Below are positions 1 through 11,087 of a DNA stretch of 64,000 nucleotides, one piece after another. The first letter of the stretch is position 1. Every line of letters starts with the position of its first letter. The translations under genes were made by a program, and so were the position numbers. The stretch is from a virus. The stretch lies in IMG/VR virus record IMGVR_UViG_3300035199_000659, positions 32,006 through 96,005 of that record; one strand, written 5' to 3'. Below the pieces are notes generated by a model. It was not told the origin of the DNA. It saw only the letters and a list, made by a program, of their open reading frames with translations, and made no database searches.

Positions 1-456
1 TTGTGGATTGGTGAAATCGACATTAGCAGTCAAAACAAAGTTTAAACCACCTGTGGTGCTAAATCGTGTTCCCCGCTTGAGAATGGGGGTGTACCTGAGA
101 TCTGGACCAATACCAGTCGCACTAGCAGGCACTAGAACATACATCGAAACTGTTCCGAAGGTCGATGGGCGGCCGCGGTTTTTATATCCCAGTGCGCGGC
201 CGTGGCGGACAATATTATCATACTGGTATGCGGTGTCCAGAAACGCCTCATTGACATTGTAGTCTAAGTAAAAGTTTAGCTGGTCAGCCACATATGCGAC
301 AGCATCAACCATCATGGCCCCAAACGAACCTTCGCTAAAATCTCTGAAGGAATCTGGATAAAGCCTTTCCGCTACTTGTACAAGATCACTACGGATTGAT
401 TGGAACTCTCTATGTGTGTAGTCGATAGGGACTATCTTTTTTTGGTCATCTGACAT
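1..456 (-). CDS. Baseplate wedge subunit (T4 gp6-like), runs off window edge
   Basis: Manual translation MSDDQKKIVPIDYTHREFQSIRSDL...DFSEGSFGAMMVDAVAYVADQLNFYLDYNVNEAFLDTA...ALGY fits the gp6 N-terminus; adjacent to gp25-like gene; missing from the ORF track because it has no stop in the window. Confidence 0.85.
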   Translation of the reverse strand, partial: MSDDQKKIVPIDYTHREFQSIRSDLVQVAERLYPDSFRDFSEGSFGAMMVDAVAYVADQLNFYLDYNVNEAFLDTAYQYDNIVRHGRALGYKNRGRPSTFGTVSMYVLVPASATGIGPDLRYTPILKRGTRFSTTGGLNFVLTANVDFTNPQ

Positions 457-472
457 AAAAAACCCTCATTTT

Positions 473-841
473 TTAAATAGTTATTTCTAATAAATCTGTC
501 GAGCCTATTCGTGGAATCGAATACTTCACCGCAACATTCAAAATGTTAGAATCTTGATCGGCAGCACTAAACATTATATCCCCAATAGTAATATAGGGCA
601 TATACATTGTTACCTGAGCCCTGATGGCATCATCCATTTGGCTATATGTATTTCCATTAAACGCCTCAAACAAAAAAGTTTTTAATCCAACGCCGTATTC
701 GGGTTCCATGACCCTTTCTCCCGGGATAGTCAATAGGAGCATCTTTAAATTTTGTTTCACTAAGGCCGAAAAGTCGCGGATGACTGTGAATCCGTCTGAT
801 GAGTCCCGAGTTATCGGCAGTGCTGGGGCATAACTTGACAT
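473..841 (-). CDS. Baseplate wedge subunit, gp25-like
   Basis: KQNLKMLLLTIPGERVMEPEYGVGL..LFE motif of the GPW/gp25 family. Confidence 0.9.
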   Translation of the reverse strand: MSSYAPALPITRDSSDGFTVIRDFSALVKQNLKMLLLTIPGERVMEPEYGVGLKTFLFEAFNGNTYSQMDDAIRAQVTMYMPYITIGDIMFSAADQDSNILNVAVKYSIPRIGSTDLLEITI

Positions 842-868
842 TATATTTTGATTCCTTTACTATAAATA

Positions 869-3800
869 TCACACATCTTTCTTTTCGCACAACTCATCTT
901 TAGCATTAAACGGGTTGCTCTTGAGTCTCTTGCGCTGCCACCATGGTATAAGCTGTCTGCCCGGGGCAGGTCGAAGGGCATCAAGAAGCTTCTTAAAGGC
1001 GATAGCGGCTGGTCCTCCCTCGGTTGATTTACCAATCTGGTCAGGATCAAAGTCCCGGGAATAATAATAAGCTTTAAAGATCTTTTTAATTCGCGAATTA
1101 GAGTTGGTGAGTAATTCTCGATCCCAATTGTCCCACTCCATGACACCTATGCCGCCTAAGAAATTGGGCGTACGATCTTTCTTGGAAGCCCACGCGCCGT
1201 CGGTATTACTGTCTCCAAGCGGGTTGTCCACTTCATCGGAGAACAGGGAGACACTCGTAACTTTGCCGTCTTCTTCTTTAGTCTCTTTCCACATGCCCGG
1301 CTTTGTGGAAGAGTCATAATCTAGGTTTCCTTTGAACGATGTTTCACCATTGGCTACAGTGACCTCACCAATAGAGGGCAGCATCCCCATATCGTTGTAT
1401 ATCGCCGCAACTGATAACAAGTGCGCGGAACCAAAGATGTATCGTGTAAGTAACTGGAACTCATCGCTTTCTTTCATTGTGTTGATGAGACACAAGAGGT
1501 TCTTGCTGTTTCCTGTTAGGGTTCGGAAGTCTCTAACCTTAAGATCTAGCGCGTCGATTTCTGTTTTAATCATGGTGTAGGCGGATCCGTCGATATCTAA
1601 TCGTAGTCGCAAGCCGTAGCGGACCCCCAACTTGCCCTCGATCCCAACAGCTTCACCGTCATCGTTCTCCACTACGCTCATGGTACCGGGGTAAATCTCT
1701 GACAACAGAGTATCGGGATCGTTCGCAGCAATTAATTCGGCGGCGATGTCCGGTGCATATTTGGAGCCATCAACGGAGATGTATTTTTCAAGGATTAAAG
1801 GTTGCGCTGTGCTCCCCATGGCCACTGTGGTGCCATAGTCGCCAACGGTTCCGATCGGCACTGTAATCATGTTAGCTAGCGGCTTCAGAACGTCGTGTGC
1901 TTCTTCGGAGTGATATTCACCGGCCATATAAACTTTGGCGTAATCTTCGTCAATATGCACATGATAGTAGCCGATATATTCTTGACCAACTTGATATCCA
2001 GAATCGTCATTGTCTTCTTCAACAACAAGTTCACCACCATAAGTATAGTATGGTTCAGACGCGTCTTCATTGTCTTCATAAGGCACTTCAGGTAGACCTC
2101 CGTAAGTAGCCTTAAACGTGCCATCGGGATTTATTGCCGAGTTAAGAGTAAGTTCGCTGCCGCGGACCATATTCTCTAAAATATAGTAGCCCATATCAAC
2201 AACGTCGGGTGCCAAATTTAGCCTAGCGAAATTCTCTTCAAGCTTCGTGGACATAAAATCAAGCTGCTGTTTCACCAATTCTTTCATAACAAGTTTGGCG
2301 TCTTCCTCTGTAGCTCGAATGGCTTCCAAGTTTTTATCCGTACGATAGCTTTCTAAAGTCTGAAACGTGCCGGCGTCGTCGGTCGCCTTGGCCACTTTCA
2401 AATCTTCTTTGTTGGGATAGAGGAAATCCTCTTGCAAATCATTGAGCCTAAAGAGGGCTTCAAGAACATCCGGCGATGGGTTTACGAGGCCTGCATCAAT
2501 TTGCATGTTATACATTTGGACACACGTCTCTAAAAACGCATACCAAAACTCAGTATCTTTGAACGTGTTAAACACTTCCCAGAAGGCCGGCTGGGCGTCC
2601 AAGAAGCCCGCTTCCATGTTCTCTACAATGTAAGATGCATATGCGGATCCAAACAGATCTGGGAATTTGGGAGAGAACTTAGTAAACGTCGGCAGCGTTT
2701 TAATCATGTGAACACTCACGTGAATGCGAATTGCTGCTATAACCAAGCCGTACAGGCCTGCTTTTGCCGAGCGATCTAATATCCTATTATATGGCACTTC
2801 TAAAATGCAATCGGGATCGCTTTTAAGGCGCTCATCTTCAGACAGAGAGGGATATATTCTGCTCATCTCATCTTGAATCTGCCCAAAGTCAATCATGTCA
2901 GTAGTCTGAGGTTTACAAGGGCTGAGTTCTGGGAAAAAAGCATCCACAACGCCCATCCAGCCAATTGGTTTTATGGGCTTAATATAAATCGGAGGGTTCA
3001 TATAGTTGCCACCAAATTTTGCAGGATCGAGGTAATATACGCGTGTAAGTTCTGGGGTGCCGGCTTGCTCCATCTCATATTGATTCCTACTCATTCCCAG
3101 TACCATGTCTGTATTGGAATAATCTGTGTCGCTGTAAAGGGTGAATCCGCCCTCCTTCACGCCATATTCGATGTCTTCTTCTGTTAAGCCATCAATTTGG
3201 GCTCCGTAGGACCAAGCCGTTTCGTTTGTTGCCACATCTGGATCTGCAATAGTGTACATAATGTTGGCTAAGAAATCCTTCATAACGTCGGATCTTAACG
3301 ACTTAACTGTCGAATTGGGGATATCGTGGCCATTGTTTTCTAGCATCTCGGCTAACAAAATTGTTTGGGGCGTGAAATTAGTTTTTGACTGAAACGAAGC
3401 CAAGAAGCTTGGGTAGTTCTCTAAAGTTTGTGCAATCGTGTCGCTAATTCCTGTTAGGGTGTCATCAACAGCTAAGAACTCAAAGACTGTTGATTTAATA
3501 ACGGCGTCTTCTCCAATATCTTGTGTCACTTCTTCATTGTCGTAGCCGGCGGCGGTCTCGGGTGGGTCGCCGCCTAGGCTGCCAAAACTGAGGCCCTCAT
3601 TTGGATCTCCGACTGCGCCGGCATCAAGTGACATATTGGTTCGGGCGCCCATATTGTATCGATCTACAATCTTGATTCTCATGTTATCGCTTTTTCTGTT
3701 AGTTATTTGGCCTTCTTCGTTCTCATATAAGTCCGAGAAATAAGCCTTGATGTCAAATCCATAACCATATACTGATTGATTGCCGTTGGGCCCAGAAGCC

Positions 3801-6800
3801 ATCCCGGCAGCATTATCGCTGAAAGATACTGATATATCTGCATCGGCTTTTCGGCCTTCGGCAGTAAATGCAATCCCCGACATGTCGCCGTCGCTGTCAA
3901 CCATTGCTTTCATTGTTATGTCGTAGCCCATATCCGGCAAGTTAACCAAATCTAGGTTATTGCCGAACAAGCTGTCCATATCTAAATCTGCTAATGATTT
4001 AGTCCAAGAAGAAGCCTCTTTCCACTCGTTATTAGGATCGACAGAGATTGAACCTGCGACATCGGTCATGACATCTTGTAGCCATGCGCCCACCTTTGTG
4101 GGAAATGCACCCTTTTGGAATAAGACTGTCCACGGCAACAGGGCTAAAGCGACCGGTGCAGCAAATATAGCAATAGGGGCATATTCTTCAAGCTTGGGGT
4201 TCCAACCGCCATTATAATCGGTATACATGGGATTGAATGAAGCTTTACGCATATGTGCGGTTAGAGGGTTACCCATCGTATCTGAAAGCATCATGTTGAC
4301 TAATCCCCAGTTGCCTTGGCCGGGGCCGTTGCCCAACATATCAGTGCCGTAATCGACCTTTAACTGCTCTAAAACATTCCCAAGGCCAGCGGTAACTGTG
4401 GCAGTCGTAACTGCGGGTTCATATGGAAGAAGGCCATTGTCGCATCCCGGATCGGAATAAGTTGGGGGCATTTGTTCGCCGAGGTATTGTTCAAGGGCTT
4501 CTGGAGATGAGATAGCCTGAAGGACTGTACTAAGGTCCCCTAAGTCATCCAGCATCTGCTCTTTCACGCTACTGTGCATCTTCTCACACTGCGCTGGGGA
4601 AGCGCGGCCTTCGAGGTAGGCGCACTGAAGCTCTTGGAATTCTGCCAGTTTGGCTGGGTCTGCACAGATTGAAGGATGTGCCGGCATATCATCAGGCATT
4701 GATTCTAATTGGTCTCGTAATGAAGCCCTAAAAGACGCCGGAAACAAGACACCCATATTACTCATAAAGCTGCCAATTGCCTCTTTGTTTGGAAGCGCTT
4801 CGCGAAAGGCTGGTGAGGTCTCATATTCTATATAACTATCAATGATTGTGAGTGTGTCACTAGTGGCTTCACCGAGCAGAGCTTGTGTAAGCTCAGCATT
4901 GGTAAGGGACATTGATATTCCTTGGGCGAATTGGAGTGAGGCCTCTCTGTCGGCGAGGGCGGCGCCGCCCACTCCAAGCTGTGCAACCATTTCTGCGATC
5001 GTGTCATCAACCTGATCTTGGTCTGCGTCTGGGCCACAAATTGAGTCTTTGATAACGTTGCTCAAGTTGTCGCGGCCAGACAACAAGTCCGGTAACGAGG
5101 CGGCGATATCGCCAACAGTACCCAGTGCATTACAAATCGCATTTCCGAGCAATTCACACAGTTTTACTATGAGACGAACCAAAATCTTAATAATCACCAT
5201 CTGAATGGCATACATAAGTGCTTGGTATAGCATCCAAAGCAAGTCTTTAATCTTTGGGTACCACGCGCTAATATTGACCAGCTTGGGCCAGTTAATCTCG
5301 TTAACATTCTTGCATATTGGAAGCTCAATGTCATTCATCCAGTCCATAAGGCCGGGCTGGAAAAGAGGAGGGCGGGGGCAATCCATAAGTGCGATGATGG
5401 TCGCGATCAGCTGGGCGCCCGGGAAGCGGTTTAGCTCATCGGCGAGTGATAATAGGTCATTACCATAAACTTCCAGAACTGCTTTAATATAGGCTTCTAA
5501 AATTGCTGAATCCCAGCCGGGGCCCAGAGCGCCATCAGCATTAACGCTCAAGGTTCCAGTTCCAGTGCCAGAGTCATAATTGACTGCCAGTGTTCTACGA
5601 CCGTCTGCGACTGGGGCTCCCACATTGGTGGATGCATCAGGCTTGTTTTTATCAGCCTCTTTTTGGGCCATTCGGCTAGTCCAATCGGCTAAGGAGGGTA
5701 GTTGTATATCGCCGGCGATGCCATCAGATAAGTTTTGGGCAAGAGAGCCTTCCGGGAATACATCCCCGTCTTGAATCTTCTTCTTCGCCAATTCTCCAAT
5801 TTCTTGTTGCTTTTCATATGGAAGCCCAACGAACAAGTCGCCCAAGTTGTTAATAGACATAGCTCTAAGGCCAGATTCAAGCACTTTCGCCAGAACCTCC
5901 TCAAGACTGAGTCCCGAAAACAAACATGTGATAGCTTCCATTAAAATATCGAAAAGGCCGCAGATTTTAATATCATTAAACCCATTCTTCCACAACATAT
6001 CCAACTGCTTCTCTGCAGAAAGAGGGCCAGCGGCGCCGGCAACTCCAGATGCCACGGGGCCGGGTGGCAGCATCGATGATGCAACATGGGCGCACAAGGA
6101 GACAAACGGGCTTTCAGATGCGTTTAATTCTTTGAAGGCTTGCTCAGTGGCAAATGCGGAGATGTTCTTTTCGTTTTCGCGTTGAGGTGTGAGCGGATTG
6201 TCTGACATTGACCGGTCGACCACAACACCAAGCCTAACATCTTCATCTAATTTCTCACCTAAAGAAGCCTTGCATATTTGTTCGTGAAATTTAAACGCAA
6301 TAGCATCGCCAATACTAAACACGTCGTCTAAGATATCTTCGCCCAATTGTTTGGCTTCCTCTTGAAGGGCCTCTTGAACACACCCAAGCGCATCTTGCTC
6401 AAGACTTTCTTCATCCTGTGTTGCGTATATCTCAGGATGGGTATATTCTGTTAAAAATTCGATCCATGGTTGCGGAGTTCTGGCTGTAAGGGCGGCCTCC
6501 ATCTCTCTAAGTTTGGTGAAATATGCCATGGCTGTTCGGTCTTTCCAAGCCGATTTTGAAAGCAGCTCTTTGGCTTTGCTGTTGAATGTTTGCTTATCCT
6601 CTCCGCAGCCTTCCGTATAAAACTCAATCTTTTTGATTTTATATTTATAATCAAAGGTGAATGTAATCTCTGTGACGGCATTGTTGCCATTAAAAACTTC
6701 TGAAAAGTATCCACCTACGTTAGGGATATTGTAGCCATATTTATTAAGGACACCATCAAGCTCTGGTAATATTTTAGACATGACTGCTTTATCGCCGCCC

Positions 6801-7486
6801 CATCCGATGTCTCCATAATTCTCTAAATTGAAAATCTTGTTCCCATCGGAGAATTTTAAGTTTCCTTTCTCGATGGCACGATAGACTTTTAGATATCTGT
6901 TGTATAGATTCAGGCCCTTTCGCACCTTCAACATCATAGGATCTATTTCATGGGCGGAAAAGCTGACGACGATATCACTTGTATCTTCCTCTTCGTCGTC
7001 CTCATCTGAATCTCGGGCGGGCAACTCTTCCAAAGCGTCGTACGGAACAGAATACAATAATTTTAGGCGTGTTTTGTGTCTGGCCTTGAGCCAGTAATCA
7101 GTATACTCTATGACCTCTCTTATCACCTCAACACTCGCAGCGCTGTTGTCTTTATCGTGAGTCTCTAGAAGTGTCTCGATAGCTTCGTCTTCATACTCCT
7201 TAAATATTTCATCAAGAGCAGCCTGTTCCTCATCTTCTGTGGCGCCGGGGAAGGTACCCGTGGTCATATGTTTTGCGGCAGTGATTGTAATCTGATACTT
7301 ACAATTCTTTTCGTTCAAGAACGATTCAAACTTGTCCTTTTCTCGCCAGTTGGGCACCAAAGCATTAGAATTGGGTTCACACCCCGGGCAATATTTTGGC
7401 TCTGTGGCAGCAAATTTTTCTGGGCAGTCATCATTTTGACCGTCGCCGTTAGCGTCCTGAAATGGCAGGAACTTTGATTCTGACAT
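869..7486 (-). CDS. Very large acidic putative virion/baseplate protein (2205 aa)
   Basis: Long ORF inside the baseplate module; N-terminal DANGDGQNDD Ca-binding-like motif; many Cys; family not recognised. Confidence 0.6.
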   Translation of the reverse strand: MSESKFLPFQDANGDGQNDDCPEKFAATEPKYCPGCEPNSNALVPNWREKDKFESFLNEKNCKYQITITAAKHMTTGTFPGATEDEEQAALDEIFKEYEDEAIETLLETHDKDNSAASVEVIREVIEYTDYWLKARHKTRLKLLYSVPYDALEELPARDSDEDDEEEDTSDIVVSFSAHEIDPMMLKVRKGLNLYNRYLKVYRAIEKGNLKFSDGNKIFNLENYGDIGWGGDKAVMSKILPELDGVLNKYGYNIPNVGGYFSEVFNGNNAVTEITFTFDYKYKIKKIEFYTEGCGEDKQTFNSKAKELLSKSAWKDRTAMAYFTKLREMEAALTARTPQPWIEFLTEYTHPEIYATQDEESLEQDALGCVQEALQEEAKQLGEDILDDVFSIGDAIAFKFHEQICKASLGEKLDEDVRLGVVVDRSMSDNPLTPQRENEKNISAFATEQAFKELNASESPFVSLCAHVASSMLPPGPVASGVAGAAGPLSAEKQLDMLWKNGFNDIKICGLFDILMEAITCLFSGLSLEEVLAKVLESGLRAMSINNLGDLFVGLPYEKQQEIGELAKKKIQDGDVFPEGSLAQNLSDGIAGDIQLPSLADWTSRMAQKEADKNKPDASTNVGAPVADGRRTLAVNYDSGTGTGTLSVNADGALGPGWDSAILEAYIKAVLEVYGNDLLSLADELNRFPGAQLIATIIALMDCPRPPLFQPGLMDWMNDIELPICKNVNEINWPKLVNISAWYPKIKDLLWMLYQALMYAIQMVIIKILVRLIVKLCELLGNAICNALGTVGDIAASLPDLLSGRDNLSNVIKDSICGPDADQDQVDDTIAEMVAQLGVGGAALADREASLQFAQGISMSLTNAELTQALLGEATSDTLTIIDSYIEYETSPAFREALPNKEAIGSFMSNMGVLFPASFRASLRDQLESMPDDMPAHPSICADPAKLAEFQELQCAYLEGRASPAQCEKMHSSVKEQMLDDLGDLSTVLQAISSPEALEQYLGEQMPPTYSDPGCDNGLLPYEPAVTTATVTAGLGNVLEQLKVDYGTDMLGNGPGQGNWGLVNMMLSDTMGNPLTAHMRKASFNPMYTDYNGGWNPKLEEYAPIAIFAAPVALALLPWTVLFQKGAFPTKVGAWLQDVMTDVAGSISVDPNNEWKEASSWTKSLADLDMDSLFGNNLDLVNLPDMGYDITMKAMVDSDGDMSGIAFTAEGRKADADISVSFSDNAAGMASGPNGNQSVYGYGFDIKAYFSDLYENEEGQITNRKSDNMRIKIVDRYNMGARTNMSLDAGAVGDPNEGLSFGSLGGDPPETAAGYDNEEVTQDIGEDAVIKSTVFEFLAVDDTLTGISDTIAQTLENYPSFLASFQSKTNFTPQTILLAEMLENNGHDIPNSTVKSLRSDVMKDFLANIMYTIADPDVATNETAWSYGAQIDGLTEEDIEYGVKEGGFTLYSDTDYSNTDMVLGMSRNQYEMEQAGTPELTRVYYLDPAKFGGNYMNPPIYIKPIKPIGWMGVVDAFFPELSPCKPQTTDMIDFGQIQDEMSRIYPSLSEDERLKSDPDCILEVPYNRILDRSAKAGLYGLVIAAIRIHVSVHMIKTLPTFTKFSPKFPDLFGSAYASYIVENMEAGFLDAQPAFWEVFNTFKDTEFWYAFLETCVQMYNMQIDAGLVNPSPDVLEALFRLNDLQEDFLYPNKEDLKVAKATDDAGTFQTLESYRTDKNLEAIRATEEDAKLVMKELVKQQLDFMSTKLEENFARLNLAPDVVDMGYYILENMVRGSELTLNSAINPDGTFKATYGGLPEVPYEDNEDASEPYYTYGGELVVEEDNDDSGYQVGQEYIGYYHVHIDEDYAKVYMAGEYHSEEAHDVLKPLANMITVPIGTVGDYGTTVAMGSTAQPLILEKYISVDGSKYAPDIAAELIAANDPDTLLSEIYPGTMSVVENDDGEAVGIEGKLGVRYGLRLRLDIDGSAYTMIKTEIDALDLKVRDFRTLTGNSKNLLCLINTMKESDEFQLLTRYIFGSAHLLSVAAIYNDMGMLPSIGEVTVANGETSFKGNLDYDSSTKPGMWKETKEEDGKVTSVSLFSDEVDNPLGDSNTDGAWASKKDRTPNFLGGIGVMEWDNWDRELLTNSNSRIKKIFKAYYYSRDFDPDQIGKSTEGGPAAIAFKKLLDALRPAPGRQLIPWWQRKRLKSNPFNAKDELCEKKDV

Positions 7487-7499
7487 GTCTTACCTTTTA

Positions 7500-8447
7500 T
7501 TAATTAGTTAATACATTTCTACTTACAATATACTTTTTCTCAGGAGATTGTAAGTAGTTAAAATTCCAAAACTGAAGAGTCGTTCTAGTCTGGTAGAGGG
7601 ATGCAAGGACGCCGGTAAACTTTTGTTGCATAGATACTGGCATAGCAGATGCATGCCACGGGATCGGTGTAACCCCGAGTACCCCTTCTAAGCCGGCTTG
7701 GGTGATCCCCAAATTGAAGCATGCGCTCCAAATCTCTCCAATTATCTCGGTTAACTCTCTTAAACACTCTACAGTGTTCTCTCCGCGGGCTACGCCTTGA
7801 ACATTACTCATATCGTTGCCGGCAACCAATTGGATGGGTGCGGAATTGCTAATCTTGCCACCTAATGAGTTTGTTTCTCCTGAAAGGCCAAACTTGGCGT
7901 TGCGCATCTTGCCGGTGACGATCTTTACACCTTCTCTCCCGACAATTCTAACTCCATCTGCTTTAATCCCAACGCCCGACCTTGCGATGGCGCCGCGGCC
8001 CATGTTTTGGCTCCATATGCCGGAATCAAGTCCGAGGGCAAGATCAATATCACACAAGCGGCTAATATAGATTCTTGCAGCATCCGTAGCGAAGTTGTTA
8101 TCTATGGCAGACTTGGCTTTTGGGCCTTTTCCTCTGTGAGAAGATGAGTGTCTTCCAACTACCAAGTCGATAGAGTCTGCGGGTATGCCGCGGGCGCCAT
8201 AGTTTCCCGCGATGCCGGCGGCTGGAACTTGCCCGAATACAATATAAGCGCCCTGATTAGACAGAACAGATGCACCTCTGGGCTTGTTATAGGTAAACGG
8301 GACACGACAAACCGGGGTGTTGAACAAGCCCGAATTTGGCGGGGCTGCTCTCACATCGACGCCGCGGTCTATCATCTCTTGTACGGTTTCGCACTCGGTA
8401 TCCTTATTCCCCTTAAGGAAATCTCCAAATTTAATCTTCCTTGCCAT
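7500..8447 (-). CDS. Baseplate hub/spike protein (gp5 C-terminal-like)
   Basis: Beta-strand repeats (DAARIYISRL, GVGIKADGVRIVGREGVKIVTG) and position in the baseplate module. Confidence 0.55.
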   Translation of the reverse strand: MARKIKFGDFLKGNKDTECETVQEMIDRGVDVRAAPPNSGLFNTPVCRVPFTYNKPRGASVLSNQGAYIVFGQVPAAGIAGNYGARGIPADSIDLVVGRHSSSHRGKGPKAKSAIDNNFATDAARIYISRLCDIDLALGLDSGIWSQNMGRGAIARSGVGIKADGVRIVGREGVKIVTGKMRNAKFGLSGETNSLGGKISNSAPIQLVAGNDMSNVQGVARGENTVECLRELTEIIGEIWSACFNLGITQAGLEGVLGVTPIPWHASAMPVSMQQKFTGVLASLYQTRTTLQFWNFNYLQSPEKKYIVSRNVLTN

Positions 8448-8470
8448 ATTAATATCCTATCTTATATGTC

Positions 8471-9781
8471 TTAACTTGTGTAGCCCCAATCTACACCCTC
8501 GACGCCATATGTGGGATCGGTCTCGGGCGGATCGCCGGCGGCTACCCAACTATCTCGATTCTCTGTGTCCCATGGACGCTCTGCTGAAACGACAGCGTTG
8601 CTGGTGCCGGTTAAATCTGACCACAACAATAGTGTGTATGTAACTCGCGTTTGACCGGTGGACTTCCAGATACCCCACGCTTTTTCAAAGTCAGAATTTT
8701 TCTGGAAAACTTGGCAGCCGGCGGACCAAGTACTGACTTGCTGGCTGTTTTTGCCTGATCTGTGAATATTGATGCCGAAGCGCTTACCGGTATCCTCTCC
8801 TCCACCGGATGATTCCCAATCTAAAACTGCATCAGCGTTGTTGTCACGATAAACTGTCACTTCACCAACTTGCTGCAGGCCGGGCTTTCCCGAATGCTTG
8901 CCAAAAATATACGCATCCACATATTGGCCCTCTTTAAGCTGGGCGGCTCCTTTTGCATTAAGATACTCTTTAGCAGCAGTTCGATTAATAATCGACAATC
9001 CGGGATCGGTCGTAATTTGAAAGCCTATATCGTTCCACATGCCGTCCTTAAACCATATAAGATGCATAACATCATCAAAGGAGTCTGGCACTCTATTCGA
9101 TGAGCGAACCCCGATAGAGTTAATCGTCCCATCTTCATATACTTTATATCCCTTGTTTCGCAATATGGTGATCAGCTTAGGCTCTTCAGCCGTTTGTGCA
9201 AGCTTGTCTGATGCAGTTAGGGGGAGGCCGGCCACGTTGCCTATAAAGCCGGGGGCTCCGCCTCCTCCAAAAAGGTTGCCCAATTTGGCGCAGGCGCCGG
9301 CTTTACTAATTTGCTGGTTCTGGAAAATATCTTTTACGCCGGTCATATCGCAAAACTGTAAGTCGTAAAGGTTTGTTAGGCCTCCGGCAAGCATCTCGCT
9401 CTCAATAATATCGCCGGGCTGGAACTGGGGCATTTCGCCCGCTTTACTAAATCGCACTTTTGTATGCAGCGCATATAATCTAGAGCCAGCGCCGGCATCG
9501 GGCGATACTGATTCGTTACACGGGTCTTCTAAGAATTTTTGATGTGGCATGCCGGGGTTAAGTATTCTTCCTGTAAATAAATATTTAGAGTCTATGTTGG
9601 TTTGGTTTAGCAATTCGGGATCTTGATTGGCGGTGGCTGGGCCTGAGTATGGCGCAGGGCTTGACATTACTTTGAACCTAAACGAATTGTCGTTTTGGAA
9701 AACACTAGAGTCTTTCTCGTCAACTTCTTCATTTTGCGTAGCAATTAACGTTTGCAATGCTTCTCTGTTTGTCAATGACAT
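8471..9781 (-). CDS. Baseplate-associated protein: shared N-domain + L,D-transpeptidase (YkuD)-like domain
   Basis: C-terminal GINIHRSG...WSAGCQVF (H...SxGC) and TTDPG motifs; N-domain paralogous to the next two ORFs. Confidence 0.65.
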   Translation of the reverse strand: MSLTNREALQTLIATQNEEVDEKDSSVFQNDNSFRFKVMSSPAPYSGPATANQDPELLNQTNIDSKYLFTGRILNPGMPHQKFLEDPCNESVSPDAGAGSRLYALHTKVRFSKAGEMPQFQPGDIIESEMLAGGLTNLYDLQFCDMTGVKDIFQNQQISKAGACAKLGNLFGGGGAPGFIGNVAGLPLTASDKLAQTAEEPKLITILRNKGYKVYEDGTINSIGVRSSNRVPDSFDDVMHLIWFKDGMWNDIGFQITTDPGLSIINRTAAKEYLNAKGAAQLKEGQYVDAYIFGKHSGKPGLQQVGEVTVYRDNNADAVLDWESSGGGEDTGKRFGINIHRSGKNSQQVSTWSAGCQVFQKNSDFEKAWGIWKSTGQTRVTYTLLLWSDLTGTSNAVVSAERPWDTENRDSWVAAGDPPETDPTYGVEGVDWGYTS

Positions 9782-9830
9782 ACGTTTTCTCCACCTTATA
9801 ATTATATCAATAGCAAAATTTTACCAGCAG

Positions 9831-11087
9831 TTATGTTGTCTCTGTTTCTGGCTCTGTGGCGCCATCTCCAGCTTCTGGTGGCGGATCTTGCGGAGTAGAC
9901 GCGGCAGCAGCAGCGACTGCTTCCGCGTGGGCTGCGGCGCCTTTACGAAGAAGTGAACTGATGCGTGTAGATTCCCAGTGCCATACCTCAATGTTTGAGC
10001 CGCACTTCTTTTTAGGTGGGGCGACACAAGGACGACCAAGCTCAGCGCTAACGCTGGGCTTTTGGGCCCAGTATGGATGCTCCCAATTATATGTGGATGC
10101 ATTATCAAAAAGCCATTTATAAGCTTCCCCGCTAAAAGAAAGGGACTTCTTTTTACCATTTCCATCATAATAGTGGGTATCAACAGCAGCGCCCCAGCCG
10201 TGATTTGAATAGCCGGGCTTCGAAGCTTTTCCGCAAGATCCTTTGGCGCACCATGATGCCCTAAGCTTAACTTGTGTTTGATAAGTTCTATCGCCACTAC
10301 CGGCCAACTTCCACCCTTTATCGGAAAAATGAGCAGCAAAGGCTGCTGCCATTGAATCCCATTCTGGCGCTATGTCTGTCAAGACGCGGGGGTGACCTGT
10401 CAAATATCCTTGGGTTGCGGCAGTAATGAGGCCAGCATCAGACAATTTTCCATTAGTAACGGGAGTGTTGTTCCCTCCTCCAATATAGACAGCCTTTTGG
10501 CCCGGGCCATTGCCGGCTGCGGCGCCGACTGTGGTAGCACCCATCATGGAGCCTATTTCACCAAAGTTTGCTGCTATTTTACCGTTAGCGACAGTTTTAA
10601 CATCCGCACAAGTGATATCGGTACCAGCTTTACTTGGTTCTGTAAATATCTCAATCACTCTTTCGAAATCAACAGCTTGAAGATCATATTGAGCTACATC
10701 GCTGGCCGCGGCGTCACAAGATATTTCTACGATATCGCCCGCCGTGAAGGCTGGCATTGCGCCGGCCTTAGAAACAGTCACGATTGAGTGAAGGCAGGTT
10801 AGGCCAGTTGATTTATCAGAGGTACTGCTATCGCATACGTTTTCCAAAAAAACTTCATGTGGCATTTTCTTATCTAAGATTCGGCCCATGAACTGCCACT
10901 TTGAATCTATGCCAGCTTTATTAAGGGTCTCTGGATCATCAGTAGTGGTGGCAGGGCCTGAAATCGCAATTGGTTTGTCGATCACCTGAACTTTGAATGA
11001 ATTCTCATTTTGTTTGTTGTCTTGTGCATTGGAAAATTTTGCCCATGCCTCAAAATTGGAACGGTTGGTGGACATATTCTGTCTCAA
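9831..11087 (-). CDS. Baseplate-associated protein: shared N-domain + M15 (VanY-like) D,D-peptidase
   Basis: SGDRTYQTQ, PGYSNHGWGAAVD (SxHxxGxAxD) and EVWHWE (ExWH) motifs. Confidence 0.8.
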   Translation of the reverse strand: MRQNMSTNRSNFEAWAKFSNAQDNKQNENSFKVQVIDKPIAISGPATTTDDPETLNKAGIDSKWQFMGRILDKKMPHEVFLENVCDSSTSDKSTGLTCLHSIVTVSKAGAMPAFTAGDIVEISCDAAASDVAQYDLQAVDFERVIEIFTEPSKAGTDITCADVKTVANGKIAANFGEIGSMMGATTVGAAAGNGPGQKAVYIGGGNNTPVTNGKLSDAGLITAATQGYLTGHPRVLTDIAPEWDSMAAAFAAHFSDKGWKLAGSGDRTYQTQVKLRASWCAKGSCGKASKPGYSNHGWGAAVDTHYYDGNGKKKSLSFSGEAYKWLFDNASTYNWEHPYWAQKPSVSAELGRPCVAPPKKKCGSNIEVWHWESTRISSLLRKGAAAHAEAVAAAAASTPQDPPPEAGDGATEPETETT

